NCBI GenBank assembly: GCA_964574655.1
Contig: CAZNOH010000001.1
Coordinates: 535,020 to 599,019 of the forward strand
DNA: 64,000 nt
Reading direction: 5' to 3'
From: an uncultured Candidatus Saccharibacteria bacterium
GTDB lineage: Bacteria; Patescibacteriota; JABMPQ01; JAQVVF01
This document shows, piece after piece, positions 29,089 through 38,523 of this stretch. Position 1 is the stretch's first letter, and each line of letters opens with the position of its first letter. Under the pieces are notes generated by a model. The model saw nothing but the letters and a program-made list of their open reading frames with translations, was not told the origin of the DNA and searched no databases. The translations under genes were made by a program, and so were the position numbers.

Positions 29089-30887
29089 CTGATTTTTCTT
29101 CTTCTATCATTTTCATCAAGAAATTCTTTTCTAATCCTGATATTTTGTGGAGTAACTTCTACTAATTCATCATCGCTAATATATTCCAATGCATCTTCTA
29201 AATCCATGGTCATTGGCGCATTAAAATGGACAGCAACGCCTTCACCCTTGGAACGCATATTTGATAATTTTTTTTCTTTGCAGACATTAACAACTAAATC
29301 ATTTGATCTAGAATTTTGACCAACAACTTGGCCGACATAAACTGTAATGCCAGGTCCTAAAAACAAAGCGCCTCGGTCTTGGACATTAGACAAACCGTAT
29401 AAACATGTTTTACCTTGTTCGTTAGAAATTAATGATCCCTGATCTCTTTCCTTCCAAACGAAATTATCTGGCTGGTATTTGTAAAAACAAGAGTTAATAA
29501 TACCTAATCCACGCGTATCAGTTTTGAATTTGCTTCTATATCCAAACAAGCCTTTTGTTGGAATGGTAAATTCAAGATAAACTATGCCATTATCAATTCT
29601 CATATCAACTAATTCAGCGTGGCGACTGCCAAGCTTTTGAATAATTGTACCTTGATATGTTTCTGGCGCTTCAATGAATATTCTTTCATATGGAGCCATT
29701 TTTTGACCGTCAATTTCTTTGTAAATTACTTGCGGACGAGAGACTTGGAATTCGTAACCTTCTCTCCTCATTCTTTCAATTAAAATGGCCAAGTGAAGTT
29801 CACCGCGTCCTGATACAACCCAATCCCCCTCTGCAGTATCCACAACTCTTAGAGCCATGTCAGTTTTTAATTCTTTGTGTAAACGTTCGGCTATTTGACG
29901 AGAAGTGGTGTATTTTCCTTCATCTCCCGCAAAAGGAGAATCGTTAATGCTAAAAGTCATTTTGATTGTTGGCTCTTCAATATTCAAAACTGGCAATGCT
30001 TTTGGATTAATTGGATCAGCAATAGTTTCGCCAATTTTCACATTTGGAATTCCGCCAACTGCAACGATATCACCAACCTGAGCCTCTTCTGCTTCAACTC
30101 TTTCTAGGCCATCAAAAGTTAATAAAGAAGTAAGCCACGCTTTTTCCTGCTTTCCGTCTCTAGCGATATGCATTACTTCTTGCTTGTTTTTTAATGAACC
30201 ATTGCTAATTCTACCAACAGCAATTCTGCCCTTGAAATTGTCTTCGCTAACTGTTGTTACTAACATTTGCAACGGCGCTTTTTCATCGCCTGAAGGCTCT
30301 TTGATATATTTCAAAATTGCATCAAACAATGGCGTGATATTTTCCATTTTTTCTAGCTCTGGAGTATTGCCTGCCTTACCTTGTTTTGCAGATGCATAGA
30401 TAACTGGAAAATCAGCTGATTCATCATCAGCTCCCAATTCTAAAAATAACTCAAAAGTCTTGTCCAAAACATATGCTGGTCTAGCAAAAGGTTTATCAAT
30501 CTTATTTATAACAACAATGATTTTGTGTTTCATCTCTAATGCCTTTTTTAGCACAAATCTTGTTTGTGGCATCGGACCTTCTTGAGCATCAACTAGCAAC
30601 AAACAGCCATCAGCCATTTTTAAAACTCTTTCTACTTCACCGCCAAAATCAGCGTGTCCAGGAGTGTCAATAATATTAATCTTTGTATCGTTGTAATGAA
30701 TTGAAGCGTTTTTGGAGAAAATAGTAATACCTCTTTCGCGCTCTAGTTCGTTACTATCCATAATACAAGTTTTTTCGGAAACTTCTTTTTTTAGATGCGT
30801 TTTTGATTGACGCAAAAGAGCATCAACTAAAGTTGTTTTACCGTGATCTACGTGAGCAATAATCGCGATATTCCTGATATTTATCAT
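29082..30887 (-). CDS. typA: translational GTPase TypA/BipA
   Basis: IRNIAIIAHVDHGKTTLVD G1 motif, about 600 aa, EF-G-like domain order. Confidence 0.85.
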   Translation of the reverse strand: MINIRNIAIIAHVDHGKTTLVDALLRQSKTHLKKEVSEKTCIMDSNELERERGITIFSKNASIHYNDTKINIIDTPGHADFGGEVERVLKMADGCLLLVDAQEGPMPQTRFVLKKALEMKHKIIVVINKIDKPFARPAYVLDKTFELFLELGADDESADFPVIYASAKQGKAGNTPELEKMENITPLFDAILKYIKEPSGDEKAPLQMLVTTVSEDNFKGRIAVGRISNGSLKNKQEVMHIARDGKQEKAWLTSLLTFDGLERVEAEEAQVGDIVAVGGIPNVKIGETIADPINPKALPVLNIEEPTIKMTFSINDSPFAGDEGKYTTSRQIAERLHKELKTDMALRVVDTAEGDWVVSGRGELHLAILIERMRREGYEFQVSRPQVIYKEIDGQKMAPYERIFIEAPETYQGTIIQKLGSRHAELVDMRIDNGIVYLEFTIPTKGLFGYRSKFKTDTRGLGIINSCFYKYQPDNFVWKERDQGSLISNEQGKTCLYGLSNVQDRGALFLGPGITVYVGQVVGQNSRSNDLVVNVCKEKKLSNMRSKGEGVAVHFNAPMTMDLEDALEYISDDELVEVTPQNIRIRKEFLDENDRRRKIRK

Positions 30888-30928
30888 AAATATTTATTTT
30901 TTGTGGTCAAGGTTTTAGCCCCGAACTT

Positions 30929-30946
30929 CCCGGCCTAAAGGCCGGG
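30929..30946. other. GC-rich mini-hairpin CCCGGCC-taaa-GGCCGGG in the typA leader
   Basis: Same CCCNGCC-N-GGCNGGG architecture as the two hairpins at 15979-16018. Confidence 0.45.
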
Positions 30947-30983
30947 CCACGATTTAACTAGAATTATATTTTATTCAAATAAA

Positions 30984-31009
30984 AATTCTACTGAAAATTC
31001 AGTAGAATT
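30984..31009. terminator. 12-bp perfect hairpin AATTCTACTGAA-aa-TTCAGTAGAATT with an upstream A-run (terminator/insulator before the 31132 cassette)
   Basis: Read directly; the T-run follows on the minus strand. Confidence 0.45.
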
Positions 31010-31057
31010 TCTTAGAATAAGTATAACAAATAATTATAATTGTGTCAAACTTTTATA

Positions 31058-31086
31058 TTGACAGTTAGATGATTACATATTATATT
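31058..31086 (+). promoter_or_regulatory. consensus sigma70 promoter TTGACA-17-TATATT
   Basis: ttgacagttagatgattacatattatatt about 45 nt upstream of ATG 31132; 5'UTR hairpin TGCCAC-aaaaa-GTGGCA then AAGGAGGA. Confidence 0.5.
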
Positions 31087-31131
31087 TATTTGATCTGAAA
31101 GGTGCCACAAAAAGTGGCAAGGAGGAAGATA

Positions 31132-31548
31132 ATGGGAATGGTACGCGCATGCACTGGACAGCAATCTGAAAAAACAATCGGAAGTGTTCTAAAAAGTGTA
31201 ACTCCTTTTGTTGGATCTGATCGCGAAGGTGAAATTTCGCAATTGGGCATTGGATTGATTGATGGTACTTCTGCGTCTTTTTGGGGTTTGCTAGTACCAC
31301 ATCTGGTTATCAGATCATGGCGTGCAATGAAGATTTTGGAGCAACTGCAAACTATTCAGGCAGACTCTCTATGCGCATGCTACTATGCAGCAAGGCGTGA
31401 AATTGATGATACAAATAAAAACTTGATTGAGAGTCTTGCTAATCTTTTCGGCGGTATCAATAAATTCGAGGCAGTTCGCAGAACAGTTCTGGCAAGCGCT
31501 CCTAGCGCTGATGAACTGAATGAAATGCTAGCAATTTTCCATGCATAA
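31132..31548 (+). CDS. ORFan protein (138 aa), first gene of a two-gene intermediate-GC cassette
   Basis: Strong RBS AAGGAGGA 6 nt upstream; the track ORF begins at a GTG at 31102 inside the UTR hairpin, but ATG 31132 is better supported. Confidence 0.45.
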   Translation: MGMVRACTGQQSEKTIGSVLKSVTPFVGSDREGEISQLGIGLIDGTSASFWGLLVPHLVIRSWRAMKILEQLQTIQADSLCACYYAARREIDDTNKNLIESLANLFGGINKFEAVRRTVLASAPSADELNEMLAIFHA

Positions 31549-31551
31549 GGC

Positions 31552-32181
31552 GTGGATGTTAGCTGTCATGAACTGAAGGAAGAGATCGAGTCTAAAAGAA
31601 TTTCTACTTCTCCTCTGATTGAGTCCTTGATTCGCGAAGCAGAAGAACGCAGTGTCGCCTATCAACGTCAGGAAGAGGAAATTAACAGACCATTGCCTCG
31701 CGAGGAAAGTCTTGGCGCTTTTTTTGAAGATCTTCAGATTGGCAATTTCATCATTGGCAGTGGAATTGGCGGATATGGCATGGACTGGGGACATATCGAA
31801 TTGTCAAATCTGGATAAGATAGCCAAACAAGCTAGTTTAAGCAAACACTGTCCCGATGGACACAGGCTGGAGCATACTACTAAAGGTCCATATACGCGTA
31901 TTGTAAAGGGGTCTGGCATTACTATGTACACGACTTCGTTTGGTGAAATCGAACAGCCTTGGTTTGTTGCCAAAGACGGCACTCATTATACTTTCCTGTT
32001 TGCCAAATTCCGTGAAGGATATTTTCATGTCAGAGTGGCAATCACAAGACCTGGAAACGAGGAAGTTCTCAAAGAAGAACATACTCTTGTTGAACTGCGA
32101 GCCATGATTGGAGAACTACCGCCAAGGCCCGTGATGAAATCTGGCTTGCTATCTAGGTTTGCATCTTTGATTGGCCTGTAA
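31552..32181 (+). CDS. ORFan protein (209 aa), second gene of the cassette
   Basis: Starts 4 nt after the upstream stop; no recognised domain. Confidence 0.45.
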   Translation: MDVSCHELKEEIESKRISTSPLIESLIREAEERSVAYQRQEEEINRPLPREESLGAFFEDLQIGNFIIGSGIGGYGMDWGHIELSNLDKIAKQASLSKHCPDGHRLEHTTKGPYTRIVKGSGITMYTTSFGEIEQPWFVAKDGTHYTFLFAKFREGYFHVRVAITRPGNEEVLKEEHTLVELRAMIGELPPRPVMKSGLLSRFASLIGL

Positions 32182-32200
32182 ATCATTTTGTACTTTTTCT

Positions 32201-32232
32201 AATTCCTACTGATGTGGGAATTTTTTTATTTT
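32201..32232 (+). terminator. intrinsic terminator ATTCCTAC-tgat-GTGGGAAT plus T8
   Basis: Hairpin followed by tttttttatttt. Confidence 0.5.
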
Positions 32233-32759
32233 ATTTCTAGTAATTCAATTTCAAAAATCAACACTGCATTCGGAGGAATAACGTTGCCTGCTCCTCGCTC
32301 ACCATATCCTAAAGATGATGGTATAGTAAGTTTTCTTTTTTCTCCTACCTTCATGCCAACTAAACCTAAATCCCAGCCCTTGATAACTTCACCTGCGCCA
32401 ACTGTAAATTCAAATGGTTGATTATATTTGTAGCTAGAATCAAATTCTGTGCCATTTTCTAATATGCCTTTGTAATGTACAGAAACTAAATCGCCATTTT
32501 TAACTTGTTTGTCACTTGTTCCTTGTTTTAGAATTTCAGTTTTTAAGCCATTAGCATTTTCTTTTTTTACATCGCTATTTTTGTTAGTTACGTTAACTTT
32601 TTGAGATCCATTTACTTCATTATTTTCGACAACTGTTTGATTAACATCTTCTTGATTTTGATTTTCATTTGTTGTTTTGTTGTTGTTCATTTTTGTTGAA
32701 ATAAAAAATAAAATAATTGAGATAATAACGACTGCGATTGCGATGTAAATTTTTTTCAT
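32226..32759 (-). CDS. FKBP-type peptidyl-prolyl cis-trans isomerase with N-terminal membrane anchor and low-complexity linker
   Basis: C-terminal FKBP domain motifs GDLVSVHYKGILENGTEFDSS and LIFEIELL. Confidence 0.8.
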   Translation of the reverse strand: MKKIYIAIAVVIISIILFFISTKMNNNKTTNENQNQEDVNQTVVENNEVNGSQKVNVTNKNSDVKKENANGLKTEILKQGTSDKQVKNGDLVSVHYKGILENGTEFDSSYKYNQPFEFTVGAGEVIKGWDLGLVGMKVGEKRKLTIPSSLGYGERGAGNVIPPNAVLIFEIELLEIK

Positions 32760-32787
32760 AAATTTAAATTAAATTATTTTTAATTTT

Positions 32788-32879
32788 TTCTACTTGGCTT
32801 TAGCCAAAGGGTCAAAAAGCTTTAGCTTTCGTCGCCGAGAACTAAAGTTCTTTAACCCCTCAGCTAAAGCTGGGTAGAA
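32788..32879. repeat. REP/MITE-like palindromic element (TTCTACTTGGCTTTAGCCAAAGGG ... CCCTCAGCTAAAGCTGGGTAGAA), copy 1
   Basis: Terminal inverted repeats with GCTTTAGC/GCTAAAGC sub-hairpins; the right end supplies the last 5 codons and the TAG stop of the 32864..34108 gene. Confidence 0.6.
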
Positions 32880-34108
32880 ACGACACTTTCTCCAGCTAAA
32901 TATCCAGTACTCCAGCAAACCTGTAAATTATAGCCACCAGTTGGGCCGTCCAGATCTAATATTTCGCCAGCGAAATAAAGGTTGTCAATTATTTTTGACT
33001 TCATTGTTTTTGGATCTATTTCTTTCAAATCAATTCCGCCAGAAGTTACAATTGCTTTTTTGAAACCAGCAAGTCCCTGAATTTCTAGTTTAAATTCTTT
33101 TAATAAATGAACTAAGCTTTTTCTTTCATCTTTAGAGATTACATTCACCTTTTTATATGGATCAATATTTGAGAGTTTAATAATAACAGGAATTAATTTT
33201 TGAGGCAACAAATCATCTAAGCTATTCTTAAAGTATTTGCCATTAAATTTTTGAAAATCTCTGATAATCCTTAAATCTAATTTTTTGAAATCTAGAGCTG
33301 GCTTAAAATCAATTTGCATAGTAACTTTTTCGATCTTTAACAGTTCGCCAATTTTTTTACTCATGTCTAAAATTATTGGACCACTCACGCCTTCATGAGT
33401 AAACAAAGCCTCGCCGAATCTTTCATCCTGTTTTTTGTTATTTTGGTAAATGCTGATATTAACATTTTCTAAATTAAGACCTTGCAGATCTTTAATCCAT
33501 GATTCTCTAATTAAAACTGGAGTCAAGGCTGGCATTGGAGAAATGACGTTATGTCCTAGATCTTTAGCGAATTCAAAGCCCTCGCCTGTTGCGCCTGTTT
33601 CTGGATAAGACAAACCTCCGGTTGTTAATATGTAATTTTTGGCGTAAAAATCACCTTGCGATGTTTTTATTTTTACGATTTTATTTCCTTCTTTAATAAT
33701 TTTAGAAGCTTTTGCGTTTCCTAGAAATTTTACTTTATTTTTCATTAAATATTTTTCTAAAGCTTTTACAACACTTAATGCTGAATCAGTTGTTGGAAAA
33801 ATTCGGTTGCCATGCTCTACTTTTGTTTCAATTCCTAATTTCTTAAAAAAATCTAATGTGTCTTGAATGTTAAATCTGTTTAGCGCTTTATATAAAAATT
33901 TACCATTTTTTCCAAATTGATTAATAAAATTTTTAATATCTTCTTCTTGATGAGTGATGTTGCATCTGCCCTTGCCAGTTAATAGTAATTTGGCGCCAAC
34001 TTTTGGATTTTTTTCAATCAAAAGGACCTTGACACCAAGCTCAGCTGCTCTTCCTGCAGCCATGATGCCAGCGGGACCTGCACCGATTACTATTAGATCG
34101 TATATCAT
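32864..34108 (-). CDS. HI0933/BaiN-like FAD-dependent oxidoreductase (flavoprotein)
   Basis: N-terminal GAGPAG dinucleotide-binding motif, about 410 aa. Confidence 0.7.
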   Translation of the reverse strand: MIYDLIVIGAGPAGIMAAGRAAELGVKVLLIEKNPKVGAKLLLTGKGRCNITHQEEDIKNFINQFGKNGKFLYKALNRFNIQDTLDFFKKLGIETKVEHGNRIFPTTDSALSVVKALEKYLMKNKVKFLGNAKASKIIKEGNKIVKIKTSQGDFYAKNYILTTGGLSYPETGATGEGFEFAKDLGHNVISPMPALTPVLIRESWIKDLQGLNLENVNISIYQNNKKQDERFGEALFTHEGVSGPIILDMSKKIGELLKIEKVTMQIDFKPALDFKKLDLRIIRDFQKFNGKYFKNSLDDLLPQKLIPVIIKLSNIDPYKKVNVISKDERKSLVHLLKEFKLEIQGLAGFKKAIVTSGGIDLKEIDPKTMKSKIIDNLYFAGEILDLDGPTGGYNLQVCWSTGYLAGESVVSTQL

Positions 34109-34111
34109 AAA

Positions 34112-35059
34112 TTATTCAATTGAATCTTGAAACTCAAAAATTTGCTTAGAAATTTTAGCAATTGCAATTTCGGCAATATCTTGTTTTAATGTTTTCTTAG
34201 AATAAACACTTATAACGTACGGCCTTTGTTTCAAAAACACTATGCCAACATCACTGATTTTGTCCTCATACATTCCAATCTTGTGAGCAATGATAACATT
34301 AGCAGGAATTCCAGGTACTAAACGATTATCGCCAATTGAATTAATCATTAAATAAATCAGTTTGTCTGCTGATTCTTTGGAGATTATTTCGTTATTATAT
34401 ATTTTCTGTAGTAATGCTGACATAGCTCTTGGAGTAGTAGTATTGTTTAGAATATTCATGCCCGTTATTCCAGAATTATTAACGAAATTTTGAATGTTTG
34501 CCGTTCCCAAATAATTTAATAATATATTTGTAGCAATATTATCGCTTTTCTGAATCATCAGTTCATTCAGATAACTAATCTTGTATGACTTTCCTGCTTC
34601 TTTATATTGTAAAATACCGGTTCCTTCTTCAAAGAATTTTTTTTGATTAACTAGTTTTTTGTCTGGATTGATTTTACCTGAATCAATTTGATTATACAAA
34701 TAAGCAGAGACAGCAACTTTGAAAGTGCTGGCCATAAGGTAGCTACTGTATTCTCTCGCACCATATGTCTTACCACTACTTATATCAACAACAGAGTAGC
34801 CATATTTGCCTGACAAATTTGTTATATAATTCTCAAGAGTTGCCACTGTCTGGCTTGGATCGAATTCTACTAATTTTGCTGCTGGTTCTATCACAACTGA
34901 TTCTGCCTCAACTTCTTTTGTTACGCTTAGATCTTTTTTATTAATATAATTATTTTTTATTGAAAATGAACTTATTGCCAATATAAAAAGCGCCAAGAAG
35001 CATTGGATTATTTTTCGTCTGACAAGACTTGATTTTTTATTAGATTTATTTGAATTCAT
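34112..35059 (-). CDS. class A beta-lactamase-like serine hydrolase
   Basis: S-T-F-K (SxxK) and S-D-N motifs at the right spacing; N-terminal anchor/signal. Confidence 0.55.
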   Translation of the reverse strand: MNSNKSNKKSSLVRRKIIQCFLALFILAISSFSIKNNYINKKDLSVTKEVEAESVVIEPAAKLVEFDPSQTVATLENYITNLSGKYGYSVVDISSGKTYGAREYSSYLMASTFKVAVSAYLYNQIDSGKINPDKKLVNQKKFFEEGTGILQYKEAGKSYKISYLNELMIQKSDNIATNILLNYLGTANIQNFVNNSGITGMNILNNTTTPRAMSALLQKIYNNEIISKESADKLIYLMINSIGDNRLVPGIPANVIIAHKIGMYEDKISDVGIVFLKQRPYVISVYSKKTLKQDIAEIAIAKISKQIFEFQDSIE

Positions 35060-35218
35060 GGTTTTTATAATATGGATTCTTTCTGATAATAAGCTTAAAA
35101 TTTTAATAAATTATTATACCATATTATCTTGATTTGACAATGCTTTTTGGTAAATTAGTTTTGGGATTTAAAAAAAGACTAATATCTGAATACTAGCCTT
35201 TTAAAATTTTTTGTTAAT

Positions 35219-35371
35219 TTATTGATTGAATAATTCGAGAAGTGCTCTGCCGAATGTTGCTTTTTTTACACCGACAATTTTACCTCCAATCCAAAAGAAT
35301 AATGCGCTAATAATCGCTGTAATAGCAGCAACTGCCAGCATTATTCCAAGAATTGATGCTAAGATTTCCAT
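35219..35371 (-). CDS. 50-aa small membrane protein (not in track)
   Basis: ATG start and TAA stop read directly; single hydrophobic helix; 8 nt downstream of the 35379 gene in the same orientation. Confidence 0.35.
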   Translation of the reverse strand: MEILASILGIMLAVAAITAIISALFFWIGGKIVGVKKATFGRALLELFNQ

Positions 35372-35378
35372 TTTGTTT

Positions 35379-35675
35379 TTAATTAATTGTTAACTTTTTT
35401 TGATTTTTAAATTTTTGAATTAGTATTGCAATTAGCCATATTAAAATTACAGGAACTATCATTATTATTCCAAGCAAGGTGCCATTTTCTATCAACCCAT
35501 CAGTTTTTGTTTCAAAAAATATGCCGCCTTCATATCCTAGAACATGGTCAACTAATATCATTATGGTTGCACCCCAAAGCATTAAGCTTAATAGTCCTAA
35601 TTTATATTTCTTTTTAAAGATAAACCATAATGAAGTTGCCACTACCGCAGTAATAAAAGTAGTTAATAACCACAT
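35379..35675 (-). CDS. small two-TM membrane protein, paralog of the upstream gene
   Basis: Shares the L(S/T)MLWGxxxMxLV(D/E)H motif with 35680..36027. Confidence 0.45.
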   Translation of the reverse strand: MWLLTTFITAVVATSLWFIFKKKYKLGLLSLMLWGATIMILVDHVLGYEGGIFFETKTDGLIENGTLLGIIMIVPVILIWLIAILIQKFKNQKKLTIN

Positions 35676-35679
35676 ATAC

Positions 35680-36027
35680 TTAGGTTGTTAAATTCTTAAT
35701 TTTGTCTTTACGCATCTTTAATATCTTAGGCATATTATTTACAACTAAAACCATTAATGCCCAAACAAAAAAAATTGCGATTGTCATTCCTACGCCAATT
35801 GTTGTAATTTCTTGCAACATAACAGGAATATCAGCAGGATCTTTCATTGCCGTTAAAAATGGCGGATAAAATACAACTTCTTGATGAGCAATATGCTCTA
35901 CTATTAACATTGCAACGCCACCCCAGAGCATTGTAATCAACCAATCAATATGATATCTTGCTGGAACTCTTTTTCTCACAGAAGAAACAACAATTACTGC
36001 TGCTGTTGGTGCTAAAAAACATGCCAT
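35680..36027 (-). CDS. small two-TM membrane protein (paralog pair member)
   Basis: WLITMLWGGVAMLIVEHIAHQE vs LLSLMLWGATIMILVDHVLGYE in the neighbour. Confidence 0.45.
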   Translation of the reverse strand: MACFLAPTAAVIVVSSVRKRVPARYHIDWLITMLWGGVAMLIVEHIAHQEVVFYPPFLTAMKDPADIPVMLQEITTIGVGMTIAIFFVWALMVLVVNNMPKILKMRKDKIKNLTT

Positions 36028-36144
36028 AATATTTTGATTAATTTATTATAAATTTATTTTAATACATTTCATGCTTCTTGACAAACAAGCTTTTGCATAA
36101 TTCGCAGCTTTAATTCAGATTTTAATTATGCTAAAATATATTTT

Positions 36145-36798
36145 ATGATACAAAAAATATTTTCTGCTGATGATTTCGGAAAATTTAAAGATGGAGATAA
36201 CTTAATATTAAAGTCAGGAATTAATCGAATTTCGGTAATGGTAAATCGAGGCACTGATTTTTCTGGATTAAACGGAAAAACGCTAGGACTTCATGCTGAT
36301 TTTGGCGGAGAGAATCTGTCTGATTTTTTTGTACTAATGTTTAAAAGAAAATATGTTAAACAACAACTTGAACAGCAGATTGAAAAATTTGTTAAAATTT
36401 TTGGCAAAAAACCAAATCATTTAGATACACATCGCTATTTGCATTTGCATCCTTTTTTGTTTTCTCTTTTTTTGAATGCTTGCGATAAATACAAAATTCC
36501 ATATTTGCGAATAACTCGAAAAGGCGTTGTTAAAATTAGCAACATGACTTCTTTTATTGTACATAGCATGGTAAAAATGGATAACCTTTTTTATGGCAAG
36601 AGAATTGATAAGTTTGTTGAAGCTGATTACTTTTTATCTCTAGATTGGTATAAAAATTTAGACTTCAAAATTCCTGATGCCATTATTAAAGTCATTTATC
36701 ATCCAGAAAATGATATCAATTTGTTGAAACAATTACAAGATAAATCGCAGAATGACGCAGAAGCTAACGCAGAAAACGCAGAAGACTTTAATAAATAA
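36145..36798 (+). CDS. YdjC/ChbG-family carbohydrate deacetylase-like protein
   Basis: N-terminal SADDFG and HLDTHRYLHLHP (HxDxHxxxHxHP) motifs; the C-terminal 15 aa are encoded by ACGCAGAA repeat DNA. Confidence 0.55.
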   Translation: MIQKIFSADDFGKFKDGDNLILKSGINRISVMVNRGTDFSGLNGKTLGLHADFGGENLSDFFVLMFKRKYVKQQLEQQIEKFVKIFGKKPNHLDTHRYLHLHPFLFSLFLNACDKYKIPYLRITRKGVVKISNMTSFIVHSMVKMDNLFYGKRIDKFVEADYFLSLDWYKNLDFKIPDAIIKVIYHPENDINLLKQLQDKSQNDAEANAENAEDFNK

Positions 36799-36801
36799 AT
36801 T

Positions 36802-38124
36802 ATGATGAAGAAAAAAATTGATTGGATTATCGCTTTAGGTTTAGTGGCAATAACATTGTTAACAAGAATTCCATATGCTACAAAATTTCTATTTGCTTGG
36901 GATTCAGGAACCGTAGCATTAGGAACTCAACATTATAATTTGGCTTTGCATGAACCACATCCGCCTGGCTATGTTTTATATGTCTTGTTAGCAAAAATTG
37001 TTAATTATTTTGCTAACGATATTAATGCTGTCTTGGTTTGGATCAGCATTATCTCTTCTATCTTAGCAGTCGTATTCTTGTATTTACTTGGAAAAGAAAT
37101 GTTTGGCAGATCAGTTGGTTTGATTGCTGCTTTAGTTTTGATTTTTAGTAAAATATTTTGGGCTTATTCTGAAGTTGCTTTTAGCTATACTTTGCAATGT
37201 TTTTTAGCAACTCTGATTGCCTATCTTGGATATAAATATATTAAGAATACTGATCAAAAAAAATATTTATATCTTGGCAGTATTGCGCTTGGAATTGCTG
37301 GCGGTTTTAGACAGGATTTAATTGTTTTTATGATTCCGCTCTGGTTATTTGTAACTTGGAAATTTGCGAAAAATGAATTTTGGAAAAACTGGTTGATAAT
37401 AGGTGGAATTTGTGTTGCTTGGATGTTAGGAATGATTTTTTGGGATGGCGGTTTTAAGGCTTATTTTAGTGCCTTATTTAATCAGTTTGAATATGTTTCA
37501 GGATTCTCTGCTGAAAAAAGGGGCATGTTGGGCTTGATTGATAATTACAAAACAATGCTTTTGTTTTTGAATGAAGCAATTCAGCCTTTTACAGCTGTTA
37601 TCTTTTTTAGCGCCTATATGTTTTTGCCAAAGAAGATTAGAGATGATAATCGTTCTCAAGTTTTGTTGCTCTGGCTTTTGCCTTCATTAATATTTTATAT
37701 CTTTGTTCACATTGGTGAGCGCGGATATTTACTAACTTTTATTCCGGTCTTGATGTTGATTTTGGATTATGGATTGGTTTGGTTTGTAACTGAAATTTGC
37801 TTGCTTTTCAAATTTAATAGATTTGTTAAACCGATCGTTTTAACTATTTTAACTTTATTGCTTATTGCATTTAACGGATATTATTTTGTTAAAACTAAAG
37901 ACTTTTTATCTTTGTATCATTTGCAAACACAAGATAAAGCGACTGAAGAAAAGATAAATTTCATTGAACAACACAAAACAGGCGATAAAAATTTTGTTGA
38001 TCGAGAAAATTACAAGCAATTACATTATTATTTACCTGAGCAAAATATTTTTCCTGAAGCTGACAAAGTTCCAGATAATAGAAAAGAGACAATTGATTTG
38101 ATGAAGAAATTTCCAGTATTATAA
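36802..38124 (+). CDS. GT-C-fold polytopic membrane glycosyltransferase-like protein (PMT/ArnT-like)
   Basis: About 11 TM helices with an early loop containing an acidic motif (FAWDSG); family assignment tentative. Confidence 0.4.
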   Translation: MMKKKIDWIIALGLVAITLLTRIPYATKFLFAWDSGTVALGTQHYNLALHEPHPPGYVLYVLLAKIVNYFANDINAVLVWISIISSILAVVFLYLLGKEMFGRSVGLIAALVLIFSKIFWAYSEVAFSYTLQCFLATLIAYLGYKYIKNTDQKKYLYLGSIALGIAGGFRQDLIVFMIPLWLFVTWKFAKNEFWKNWLIIGGICVAWMLGMIFWDGGFKAYFSALFNQFEYVSGFSAEKRGMLGLIDNYKTMLLFLNEAIQPFTAVIFFSAYMFLPKKIRDDNRSQVLLLWLLPSLIFYIFVHIGERGYLLTFIPVLMLILDYGLVWFVTEICLLFKFNRFVKPIVLTILTLLLIAFNGYYFVKTKDFLSLYHLQTQDKATEEKINFIEQHKTGDKNFVDRENYKQLHYYLPEQNIFPEADKVPDNRKETIDLMKKFPVL

Positions 38125-38302
38125 AATTATTAAAATAAAAACGGAATTGATATCCGTTTTTTATTTAGTAAATATTTAAATTCTAATTTTTGTGAACAAA
38201 AACTCCGGAACACACCTTCGCTTCGCTCCGGTGGGTAAACTTGGATTTTCTTTTTATATTTTGCAAATGAAGAGAGCGTTTCTAAAATTTTGCCAACAAA
38301 AA

Positions 38303-38373
38303 CTCCGGGGCTTGGATTCGAACCAAGATAAGCAGCTTCAAAGGCTACTGTCCTACCATTAGACGACCCCGGA
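38303..38373 (-). tRNA. tRNA-Gln (anticodon TTG), CCA not encoded
   Basis: Reverse complement TCCGGGGTCGTCTAATGGTAGGACAGTAGCCTTTGAAGCTGCTTATCTTGGTTCGAATCCAAGCCCCGGAg: 7-bp acceptor stem, anticodon loop CTTTGAA; an 12-nt direct repeat of the 3' flank (caaaaactccgg) lies about 100 bp away at 38196. Confidence 0.7.
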
Positions 38374-38523
38374 ACATTGCGAATTATAAATTATAAATGA
38401 AAAATTCAAAATTTACTAGAAATTTAACATTACAAATATTTTATCCTTGCTTTAAAATATTGTCAAATATGCTATAATAAATATATTGATTTTTTTAAAA
38501 ATTTAAAAATTAAAAACAAAAAT

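Noticed and set aside
31102-31131. GTG start at 31102 for the first cassette gene
   Set aside because: It lies inside the 5'UTR hairpin and upstream of the AAGGAGGA RBS; ATG 31132 has ideal spacing.
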